DNA from: Turneriella sp.
GTDB taxonomy: Bacteria > Spirochaetota > Leptospiria > Turneriellales > Turneriellaceae
Direction of reading: 5' to 3'
DNA: 64,000 nucleotides
Assembly: GCA_965279515.1 (NCBI GenBank)
Contig: CBDIID010000003.1
Span: forward strand, 1,248,001-1,312,000
Below are positions 50,307 to 58,566 of this stretch, in pieces. The notes under the pieces are model-generated. The model worked only from the letters and a program-made list of their open reading frames with translations. It ran no database searches and was not told where the DNA came from. Each line of letters starts with the position of its first letter. The first letter of the stretch is position 1. The position numbers were made by a program, and so were the translations under genes.

Positions 50307-52127
50307 ATGGCTAAGAAAAAAGTAGATAAAGAAGATGTAGCGGATGCTGCGACCGAAGCTGTCACAAGCTTGGTGGCACGACCAAGGCTACATAAGTTGA
50401 CTGTGAGAAATTTTCGAGCAATCGGTGTCACACCAGTCACAGTGGAACTTGATGACGTTGTAGTGCTCGTGGGGCCCAACAACTCCGGGAAAAGCTCCAT
50501 CCTCCGGGCATACCAAGTAGTAATGCAGCATGGTTCCAAAGAGGGGGATTTGAGCCAGGAAGATTTTCCCAATGCATTTATTGATGAGCATAATCCTGTC
50601 GAGATTGAGCTTGAGACAGTAGTTTATGACGAGAAGGCGCCAGGCGAAAAGTGGCTCAGGAAAGATGCCGCTACTGGTGACATGTTTGTCAGGGAAAAGT
50701 GGACTTGGACTCAGCCCGGAAAACCAAAGAAAGTTGGCTGGGACGTAGCCGCCGGGGACTGGCATGACAAGGAGGGGCCATGGGGGGCTGCGGGTGTTGC
50801 ACAGGCCGGGCGCCCTGAACCACATAGAATCGAAGCGTTCGACTCCCCGGAAAAGCAGGCCACCGAGGTTGTGAAACTCCTGAAGGAGGTGTTAAACGAG
50901 AGGATCAAGAGCATCCGGCAGCAGCCCGAAGAGGCTGCGGAAGGTGAGGAAATAAAACCAAACGATTATCAGAAACTGTTGAAGTCAGTTTCTGAATTTC
51001 AGAAGCAAGTCGTTAAAGATGCTAATGAACAAATCAGCAACGTAGAAACCGAGATGAACAAACTGATCGGACAAGTATTTCCGGGTCAAGTAGTACGTTT
51101 CGACGCTCGCCCCGAAGAGGATCTCGATAGCTGTCTGAACTTCTTCAAAGATACACCCCAGCTCCTCATGGGGCCAGCGGGAGGATATCAACCATCCGTT
51201 GAAAAACAAGGAAGCGGAGCCCGGCGTACGTTGCTGTGGGCGGCGCTAAGATTGATCAAAGAACAGACGAGAGTGAAAAAAGAAGCGAATAGTTCCCGCC
51301 CACACATCCTTCTAATTGATGAACCAGAGCTGTGCCTTCATCCCAACGCGGTGCGTGAAGCCTGCCGTGTGCTTTACGACCTTCCAAAATCCGGCAACTG
51401 GCAGGTGATGGTCACAACCCACTCACCAGTCTTCATTGATTTCTGGCGGGATAACACTTCTATTGCGCGCGTGGAAAGGCTGCCAAATGGCACTGCCAGC
51501 GGAACAACGATCTACCGACCAAAAAAAGCTCAGCTTGATGACAATGATAAGGCCTGTCTCAAGCTGCTTAATCTTTGCGATCCCTACGTTGCCGAATTCT
51601 TCTTCGGCGGCAGGACGGTGCTAGTCGAAGGTGACACGGAATACACCGCCTTTACATTCGTGATGCAACAGGAGCCAAACCGCTTTAAAGACGTGCATGT
51701 TGTTCGCGCAAGGGGTAAGGCAACCGTTGTTTCACTCTGCAAGATCTTGAACCAGTTTGGCGCCCCGTACGCTGTGTTACATGATAGCGACAAACCCAAA
51801 GCGATGCGCGAGGGGAAAGAGATTGTCAATCCAGCGTGGACTCAGAACCAGAAGATTCTAGATCAGGTCAGTGACAAACTTGCTACAAAGCATGTCCGCC
51901 TCGTGGCATCTCTGGTGAGCTTCGAGCCTGCTTATTTTGGCATGGATGTATCTAGCGAGAAACCAGCTACAGCTTGGGAACACTTGAAAAGCAACGCAGA
52001 ACCCTGCAAGAAAATAGCGGCGTTGCTTGATGCACTGACTGATTTCAGCAAACCGTTGCCAAAAGGCGCTGTCGAATGGAATAACTTAGAAGCATTGAAA
52101 AAACATGTCGAAGAAGTTACGATATGA
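50307..52127 (+). CDS. OLD-family ATP-dependent nuclease (ABC ATPase plus TOPRIM)
   Basis: Walker A GPNNSGKS, signature QGSGARR, Walker B LLIDEPELCLHP, H-loop TTHSP, TOPRIM LVEGDTE and HDSD; GGGAG RBS before ATG 50307. Confidence 0.92.
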   Translation: MAKKKVDKEDVADAATEAVTSLVARPRLHKLTVRNFRAIGVTPVTVELDDVVVLVGPNNSGKSSILRAYQVVMQHGSKEGDLSQEDFPNAFIDEHNPVEIELETVVYDEKAPGEKWLRKDAATGDMFVREKWTWTQPGKPKKVGWDVAAGDWHDKEGPWGAAGVAQAGRPEPHRIEAFDSPEKQATEVVKLLKEVLNERIKSIRQQPEEAAEGEEIKPNDYQKLLKSVSEFQKQVVKDANEQISNVETEMNKLIGQVFPGQVVRFDARPEEDLDSCLNFFKDTPQLLMGPAGGYQPSVEKQGSGARRTLLWAALRLIKEQTRVKKEANSSRPHILLIDEPELCLHPNAVREACRVLYDLPKSGNWQVMVTTHSPVFIDFWRDNTSIARVERLPNGTASGTTIYRPKKAQLDDNDKACLKLLNLCDPYVAEFFFGGRTVLVEGDTEYTAFTFVMQQEPNRFKDVHVVRARGKATVVSLCKILNQFGAPYAVLHDSDKPKAMREGKEIVNPAWTQNQKILDQVSDKLATKHVRLVASLVSFEPAYFGMDVSSEKPATAWEHLKSNAEPCKKIAALLDALTDFSKPLPKGAVEWNNLEALKKHVEEVTI

Positions 52128-52239
52128 AGAAAGATAGAGCCTCTCATTGGTGTTGATAGGAATAATTGGCCGCGCCACCATAGATGGTTACAAAGTAATA
52201 AAACGCAATTATTTCAGATAAGCTTGGGTTTATACGTTG

Positions 52240-53775
52240 TCACATTGACTTGCTCCATTTTGAAAGCACCACCTCAAACGGTTCACTCAGGCCAAGTTTG
52301 CCAATGTAGTGTTGTTTTTCATCCCTTGGGAGCCCGCTGATAGCGAACAGGAAGGCATGTCTTGTCCATGAATCCATATTCTGAAAATGCTCTTTTTGCT
52401 CCCTTAGCCAATCAAAGGCCGCGTTTTGGTGTGCCGCGAGAATGATCTCTCGTTTCAGGAAGGGTTCGCTTGTCGCATAGCGGCGCAAAAGCTCAGGGAA
52501 ATGGTTGATTGCTGTATTTCGAGTAAAGAGACTCAAAATTGACAGCCGGAAGTATTCGTTGTTCTTAACTTCATCTGAATCTAGTAGTGCGAGAAGTCGA
52601 GTTCCTACTGACTTCCATTTTGATGAATCGATGGATTGAACGGAAGCAAGATAAGTGCAGATTTGAGCAAAACAAGGCCCTAATCGGGATATTTCGTTCA
52701 GAGAAATCTCAATCGCTCCTGGATGGCCGATTTGAGTCAAGCGACGATAGAACCATCTAAGCCGAATATAGTCTACGTCATTTTGGCTAATGTATTCTGT
52801 TATAATCTTGGTAATAAGATCTTCTGTAATAGATTGCCAATCAGAAGGACTAATATTGCCGTAGGAAATTGTTTTATACGGATCGCCGCCGGAATAGCGA
52901 TTGATTAATTTTAATATGTTGTCTTCCTCCGAACTGATCGGCCGATCTTCAATCATATCATCACAAAAACCTTCAAATTTAGCGGGTGTGAATTTTTTGG
53001 TCTTATGCCTCTGCAAAGTAAGCCTTTGTTGCTTATCTAATACGGATGCGAAGCTCCCTAGTGCCAGTTTCCCCGCTAATTCCGAATCGCAGAAAATAAT
53101 AATATCATCTGCATAACGTATGAAGTCAAAACCCTGACTTTTTAGACTATTATCGATAGGAATTAACGCCGCTTCTGCAAGAAGATGCATTGCGTGCGGT
53201 CCAATGGGTATGCCTCGGGAAACACTCGCCGTAGTGGATTCGAGAAGCCGAATGAACCATTTTCTAACCTGATTCGGGAAACCGGATGCAATCAATTGAT
53301 TATCTATGACGTGGTGATAAATCTGGTTATAAAAATCGGCTATATCACAATAAAGAATTTGCTTCGCTTGCCTCCCTTTCTTGGCCGCCTCTTCCCAAAA
53401 ATTATTCCAAGCACTATTTGACGCGTAAAGACCATGCAACGGGTCTGGTTGAAAGCGATAACTGAATACAATATCATCTGCCAAACGTCGGTTTTCGATA
53501 CCCTGCCCATACTCATACAAGATGGCAGCGGAAATAATGCTGTCCTGAGGATCGAGCTGGGTTGCTTGTCGATAAGATATTTCATCTTTTGGAACGATGA
53601 AACGTCGACATGAACCTATGTTAAGCCCACTGAGATCTTTACCTACAACTAAATTGCAAAAATCAGCCATTTGATTTTTTATCGCCTCAAATTCTAAAAT
53701 GCGGGGAAATAAATCACCATCGGAATGATCATTGCAAAAGTTTATCGCCCAAATTATTGAGTCTTTAGCCAGCAT
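52240..53775 (-). CDS. reverse transcriptase, UG/Abi (DRT-like) type with helical C-terminal extension
   Basis: VPK...YR, FSYRF, CDIADFYNQI, GIPIGP, RYADD, L.L...KT; no retron NAxxH or VTG motifs; about 240-aa helical C-terminal region. Confidence 0.9.
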   Translation of the reverse strand: MLAKDSIIWAINFCNDHSDGDLFPRILEFEAIKNQMADFCNLVVGKDLSGLNIGSCRRFIVPKDEISYRQATQLDPQDSIISAAILYEYGQGIENRRLADDIVFSYRFQPDPLHGLYASNSAWNNFWEEAAKKGRQAKQILYCDIADFYNQIYHHVIDNQLIASGFPNQVRKWFIRLLESTTASVSRGIPIGPHAMHLLAEAALIPIDNSLKSQGFDFIRYADDIIIFCDSELAGKLALGSFASVLDKQQRLTLQRHKTKKFTPAKFEGFCDDMIEDRPISSEEDNILKLINRYSGGDPYKTISYGNISPSDWQSITEDLITKIITEYISQNDVDYIRLRWFYRRLTQIGHPGAIEISLNEISRLGPCFAQICTYLASVQSIDSSKWKSVGTRLLALLDSDEVKNNEYFRLSILSLFTRNTAINHFPELLRRYATSEPFLKREIILAAHQNAAFDWLREQKEHFQNMDSWTRHAFLFAISGLPRDEKQHYIGKLGLSEPFEVVLSKWSKSM

Positions 53776-54072
53776 ATTTCACAGCCCCCCTGTTATTAGA
53801 CACCCTCGGCCACGGATGGCCGAGCTAGCAAAAAAATCAGCGGATTTATTGCAGACAACGTGAAATTTAGCTGACGCTGACGAGGCCTTTGTCATTGATT
53901 CAACTTGCAAGGCCAATGTGGGCCACCAAATGTCCCCGGAGCGCCTCGCAATCTTACCAAAACCAAACCCTAGCTTGCGCCAGCTCAGCAACTTTTGGTG
54001 CCAAATTGTTAGGCTATTCTGCTTAATATGACGAAGTTGCAATGACCGCAGCATATCTTGCAGATTCCTCAA
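53776..54072 (-). ncRNA. candidate RT-associated structured RNA (alternative: degenerate attC-like site)
   Basis: Perfect 8-bp hairpin with UCCG loop (53805-53824), U7 tract (53830-53836), further stems (53837-53842/53875-53880; ggccuu/aaggcc). Confidence 0.4.
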
Positions 54073-55284
54073 CTACGCATCAAGAACAGGGCTTACAGTA
54101 CACGTGCACCCAATATGAGCCGGTAATTTTGGGATCTCTTTTAGTGAAAATTCGCGATTTTGATATTCTCGCGCCAATGGACACTCGACATAGTTTCTAT
54201 AACAATCGATCTTGAATTTCTTAAAATAAGAAGAATCTGTAAAGCCTCGGACGTAGTTATATTGCTCATTAGAGATAGTTTTTACAATTAAGGTGACGAT
54301 CTGATCGACGTATGCCCAATTACTTGCAACTTCTTCAAGATTCGTTATTCCGTAAGACTCCGGTAAGGCCTTCAGCTTGAATATCTCCCTAAATGAAATA
54401 TGATCACCAAGTTTATCTTTGAGATTCGGAAGCTTCATAAGTTCCTCGATTGCCGCATTCTTCCGCTTGTAGAAACCATCACCTTGGCCCGAGATCGTAT
54501 TCAAGTCCTTTAAAGTCAAGATGCTCAAGATTTCTGACATCTCGATTTCGGTACCCCTGACGGCGAGGCCTTTAGCAACCAAATTATCAAAAAGCGCTCT
54601 GTTACGATTGTCCTGCGGTGCAACGCGCACTTTGTCCAGATCGGTTGCAAATCGCATATACCCTTGAATAAGGTCCATACCATAGTCACGAATCAAGGCA
54701 TCGTCCATCGTCATCTGAATTTTTGCTACGTCATAGCTTAGGAGGAAAATTATGTCGATTCCCGGGGGTAATTCGTGAATGCCGATAAGGGCTTTTTCTT
54801 GATACTCAGCAAGCAAGTCTTGCTTATCTTTGCTACCAAGAGAGGGCCATTCCGGGTTACCTGCGATTAGGGACTGCAGGTTTTGATTGAACGTATCGCG
54901 CAATTTTGATAAATAAGCATCCACTTCTACGCAAATGATATTTTTCTCAGCAAAGATTGGCGTGAGATGTCTGTTTTTCATACCCTCGTAAAGTTCCGAA
55001 TTATTTATGATTGAAACAATCTTTTCAGAATCCGCGGCATCAAGGTTCTTCAGCGTAAATTTCCATTCTAATTGAGTCTGTAGCTGATGAGCCCCGTCGT
55101 CCAAAGCTACCGCAATGACCTTTGGAATCCTTTTTTCATCTTCGTAAGATATCTCCGATAATCCAGTCGAAACTTCTATGGTAAATTTTGGTTTTGGGGA
55201 ATTATTCTTTTGTGAGGTTCTTACAGCCATGTAAATGGCAAAAACAACGAAAGCTATTAACAAGATAATCAATAATGCGTTCAT
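54073..55284 (-). CDS. membrane-anchored hypothetical protein with C-terminal P.H..C.C motif
   Basis: AGGAGG RBS; N-terminal TM helix; C-terminal LPAHIGCTCTV plus upstream Cys residues. Confidence 0.7.
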   Translation of the reverse strand: MNALLIILLIAFVVFAIYMAVRTSQKNNSPKPKFTIEVSTGLSEISYEDEKRIPKVIAVALDDGAHQLQTQLEWKFTLKNLDAADSEKIVSIINNSELYEGMKNRHLTPIFAEKNIICVEVDAYLSKLRDTFNQNLQSLIAGNPEWPSLGSKDKQDLLAEYQEKALIGIHELPPGIDIIFLLSYDVAKIQMTMDDALIRDYGMDLIQGYMRFATDLDKVRVAPQDNRNRALFDNLVAKGLAVRGTEIEMSEILSILTLKDLNTISGQGDGFYKRKNAAIEELMKLPNLKDKLGDHISFREIFKLKALPESYGITNLEEVASNWAYVDQIVTLIVKTISNEQYNYVRGFTDSSYFKKFKIDCYRNYVECPLAREYQNREFSLKEIPKLPAHIGCTCTVSPVLDA

Positions 55285-55561
55285 GTGTATTCCTCCTTTT
55301 GGCGTAATATGGCGCCAACAGCAATTACGCGAACACGAAGGCTACCCACCAAATAAAGCACTTTTAGTCGTATATCATTTTTTAACATAGACATTTTTGA
55401 AACGCCAATAATCGCAATGGCCTGTTCGGTGCATCTATCAACTTCTGCAGGTCTAAGAGCAGTTCAAGTGGCAATATAGCTAAGACCTCTTGTCTTACGA
55501 TCTTTGGACTCTACGCCACCACTCACCCCCCCATTCTTCTTGACACCGCCACCGCCGCGCC

Positions 55562-56503
55562 ATGCTCTCCGTTATGAAAGCCAGTGCGCCCACGCGTATG
55601 TATGCCAGCCCTACTCTAGATCCCATGTATACCCCCGTCGACCAGGTCGGTGTGGAGGAGCGGGTTGCGCGTTTTAAGACGCGAAGTATTAAGAACGAGG
55701 CGAAACTGGCCGGCATTAAGATGGCGATCAGTATGATCGATCTGACGACGCTTGAGGGTAAAGATAGCCCCGGTAAGGTCATTCAGCTCTGCCAGAAGGC
55801 GCTGCGGCCGTCTGAGATGGCTGGTGTGCCGCAGGTGGCGGCGGTCTGTGTTTTTCCGAATATGATTCATGTCGCGAAGAAGGTGCTGAAGGGTTCGAAG
55901 GTGAAGATCGCCTGCGTTTCGACGGCCTTTCCCGCGGCGCAGATTCCGCTCGATATCAAGATCGATGACGTGCGCCGCTCCGTTGAGCTGGGTGCCGATG
56001 AGATCGACATGGTGATTTCGCGCGGCCAGTTTCTGTCCGGCGAATATAACTATGTCTTCGATGAGATTGCCCAGGTTAAAGAGGCCTGCGGTAAGGCGCG
56101 TCTGAAAGTGATTTTGGAAACCGGCGAGCTCGAGACGCTCGACAATGTGCGCCGTGCGAGTTTTATCGCCATGCGTGCCGGCGCCGATTTTATCAAAACC
56201 TCGACCGGCAAGGTCACAATCAATGCCACCATGCCTGTGACGCTCGTCATGCTCGAGTGCATCCGCGACTACTACGACGACACCGGCATACAGATCGGCA
56301 TGAAACCTGCCGGCGGCATCAAGACCAGCAAAGACGCCCTGCACTACCTCGTCATGGTCAAAGAAACCCTCGGCGACGCCTGGCTCGACCCGTACTGGTT
56401 CCGCTTCGGCGCCTCGTCGGTGCTCAACGACCTGCTCATGCAGTATGCAAAAATGGTTAAGGGCGGCACATACCAGTCGCTCGACTACTTCTCCTTAAGT
56501 TGA
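55562..56503 (+). CDS. deoC: deoxyribose-phosphate aldolase
   Basis: IDLTTL, GADEIDMVI, LKVILETGEL, DFIKTSTGK, KPAGGI, RFGASS. Confidence 0.96.
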   Translation: MLSVMKASAPTRMYASPTLDPMYTPVDQVGVEERVARFKTRSIKNEAKLAGIKMAISMIDLTTLEGKDSPGKVIQLCQKALRPSEMAGVPQVAAVCVFPNMIHVAKKVLKGSKVKIACVSTAFPAAQIPLDIKIDDVRRSVELGADEIDMVISRGQFLSGEYNYVFDEIAQVKEACGKARLKVILETGELETLDNVRRASFIAMRAGADFIKTSTGKVTINATMPVTLVMLECIRDYYDDTGIQIGMKPAGGIKTSKDALHYLVMVKETLGDAWLDPYWFRFGASSVLNDLLMQYAKMVKGGTYQSLDYFSLS

Positions 56504-56516
56504 TAAAGTAAGATGC

Positions 56517-56599
56517 AACCGCAGAGGTCGCAGAGTTACGCAAAGTTGTACAGGTCAGGCGTTTCCTCTTCCTTTGCGCTCCTCCGCGTACTTTGCGGT
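56517..56599. repeat. palindromic 9-bp-periodic REP-like element between deoC and lpxI
   Basis: aaccgcagaggtcgcagagttacgcaaag ... ctttgcgctcctccgcgtactttgcggt; same family as 28780-28861. Confidence 0.7.
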
Positions 56600-56610
56600 G
56601 GTTTTTTATA

Positions 56611-57420
56611 ATGCAGCTGGCGATTTTTGCCGGCGCGGGTGAGTTACCTGCCATCGCCGTTGCCACTGCGCGCTCGCGGGGTCTCAATTTTTCCGTCTAT
56701 CATATCAGCGAAGCCGAGTTGGATGCCTCCTTGTCGCGCGATTCGGCGCTTAAGTTGCGCACTATCTCCCTCGGCGCCATCGGCAAAACCTTTGAATACC
56801 TGAAAGAAGATAAGATTACCCACATCGTGCTCCTGGGCAAAATCGAAAAGCAACGCATGATACAAGACGTCACGCGCGATGCGGCCGCCGATAAAATCTA
56901 TAACGCCGCCACCGACCGCCGCGACGATACACTGTTTCTCGAATTCGCCAAAGGCATCACGATGATGGGCATTGAGATCCTCAAACAAAAAGATTTGCTC
57001 GAAGGTTGTTTTCTCACCCCCGGCGTGCATACGCAAAAGAAACCCGAAGGTGAAAAACTGCTCGCCGACATCGAGTTCGGTTATGGCCTCAGCAAAAAGA
57101 TCGGCAGCTTAGATATCGGGCAGACTGCAGTCGTTTTTGAAAAAATGATTTTAGCAGTCGAAGCCATCGAAGGCACCGACGCCGCCATTGCCAGAGCTGG
57201 TGCCATTGCTCAAGGTAAAGGTGGCATTGTGTGCAAGACAGGCAAGGCTTCCCAAGACCCGCGCTTTGATTTGCCCGCGGTGGGCATCCGCACGCTCGAA
57301 ACCATGGCGAAAACCGGTATGCAGGTGCTCGTCATCGAAGCCGCGCAGACGCTCGTGGTGAATCCCACTGCATTCATTCAGCGCGCCGACGAGCTCGGCC
57401 TCATTGTGCTCGCGAAGTAG
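56611..57420 (+). CDS. lpxI: UDP-2,3-diacylglucosamine hydrolase LpxI family
   Basis: IFAGAGELP, LDIGQTAVV, AVEAIEGTDA.I.R, QDPRFDLPAVG. Confidence 0.88.
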   Translation: MQLAIFAGAGELPAIAVATARSRGLNFSVYHISEAELDASLSRDSALKLRTISLGAIGKTFEYLKEDKITHIVLLGKIEKQRMIQDVTRDAAADKIYNAATDRRDDTLFLEFAKGITMMGIEILKQKDLLEGCFLTPGVHTQKKPEGEKLLADIEFGYGLSKKIGSLDIGQTAVVFEKMILAVEAIEGTDAAIARAGAIAQGKGGIVCKTGKASQDPRFDLPAVGIRTLETMAKTGMQVLVIEAAQTLVVNPTAFIQRADELGLIVLAK

Positions 57421-57423
57421 CGC

Positions 57424-58566
57424 ATGGCGCGCCTGCTGCTCACCGGCTCGCTGTTGCTCTTGGCGGCGCTCGTCTCTACCTGCGAGAAAAAGGCCGAGCC
57501 GCTCTTCAGCAAAGGTGTCGACGCTCTTGTCTTTACCCCGTCGGATTTCCCCGTTCACCCTAAAACCGGCGCCGCCATGCAGGCATCGGCCGACTGCCGC
57601 GACTGCCACAAGACCGTGTATGACAACTGGCTGAAGAGCCGGCACCGCGTCGCGCTCACCAACGAACTCTACCACGAAAGCCATGCGCGCGAACCCTCGC
57701 CGTGGTGTGTGAACTGCCATGCGCCGCTGCGCCTCAGCGGTTCTGAGAAAACACCCTACAAGGGTGAAGAAGGTATTTCATGCCTCGTCTGCCATGCACG
57801 CGAGGGCAAGATCATGACCGGCGCATTGCCTGAAAAAAAGATCGCTCCCCTCGCCCATTCGTACACCATCCGCGGCGAATTTAAAGACGAGCGGCTGTGC
57901 GAAAATTGCCATGAGTTTAACTTTCCCACCGCGGCATCGGCGATGAGCGAGGGCAAAAATTTCCATTATGCCAGCCAGCCGATGCAGTCGACTGTCGAAG
58001 AGTACCGCGCCTCGGGCTATTATGGCCGCGTCACCTGCCAGGGCTGCCACCTGTTTTCGGGTACCGCCGATTCGCACAGCTTTCCCGGCGGGCATGCATT
58101 AGAGCGGCTCAAGAACGACCTGAAGTTGGATATCCACCGCGGCGACGCCGGCCACGTTACGGTGCGGCTCTCTGCCCACGGCATCGGCCATGCTTTCCCA
58201 ACCGGCGATCTCTTTCGCACCGTGCGTGTGCGCCTCATCGACAATACCGGCGGGCACACCGCCGAGCTCGAGCTGCGCCACCACTTTGAACTGATACCGG
58301 TGCCCGACAGGCAACCCGGCGACCCGGTAAAGCGCCGTATTAAAGAAGAAACCCTACCCACGCCGCGACTCGACTATATGTCGCAGCGCGAATATACCAT
58401 CGCCTGGCCGCAAACATCGGCCTCGCTCACCGCCGAACTCTATATGGATTATCTCGCGCAGGCAAATACATTCACAACGCACCTGCCTGCCAGCATCACG
58501 CGGCCGCTGGTCTTCCGGAAAAAATTTCCGTTAAAACTGCGGCCGCACGACGACGCGAAGGGTTAG
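57424..58566 (+). CDS. pentaheme c-type cytochrome (probable lipoprotein)
   Basis: Five CxxCH motifs (CRDCH, CVNCH, CLVCH, CENCH, CQGCH); HSFPGGH and GHAFPTG; lipobox-like VSTC. Confidence 0.85.
   Translation: MARLLLTGSLLLLAALVSTCEKKAEPLFSKGVDALVFTPSDFPVHPKTGAAMQASADCRDCHKTVYDNWLKSRHRVALTNELYHESHAREPSPWCVNCHAPLRLSGSEKTPYKGEEGISCLVCHAREGKIMTGALPEKKIAPLAHSYTIRGEFKDERLCENCHEFNFPTAASAMSEGKNFHYASQPMQSTVEEYRASGYYGRVTCQGCHLFSGTADSHSFPGGHALERLKNDLKLDIHRGDAGHVTVRLSAHGIGHAFPTGDLFRTVRVRLIDNTGGHTAELELRHHFELIPVPDRQPGDPVKRRIKEETLPTPRLDYMSQREYTIAWPQTSASLTAELYMDYLAQANTFTTHLPASITRPLVFRKKFPLKLRPHDDAKG

Larger units (their letters stand above)
42826..55500. other. accessory/defence island (boundaries approximate, no integrase seen)
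   Basis: Cluster of TA pairs, gene remnants, orphan ORFs, OLD nuclease and RT; about 46.6-49.8 kb and 52.1-55.5 kb look AT-richer than the flanks (by eye). Confidence 0.65.

Noticed and set aside
50307..52127. Complete Gabija system
   Set aside because: No GajB/UvrD helicase gene is adjacent.
52240..54072. Retron (RT plus msr/msd) or group II intron
   Set aside because: The RT lacks NAxxH and VTG retron motifs and any maturase/HNH domain. I found no clear a1/a2 repeat pair or intron domain V.
53779..54072. 97-aa ORF filling the gap upstream of the RT
   Set aside because: TTG start directly after the previous stop, no RBS, no recognisable motif; it overlaps hairpin-rich sequence. Not fully excluded.
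42826..55500. Prophage or IS element as the island vehicle
   Set aside because: No integrase, transposase or phage structural gene recognised in the window.
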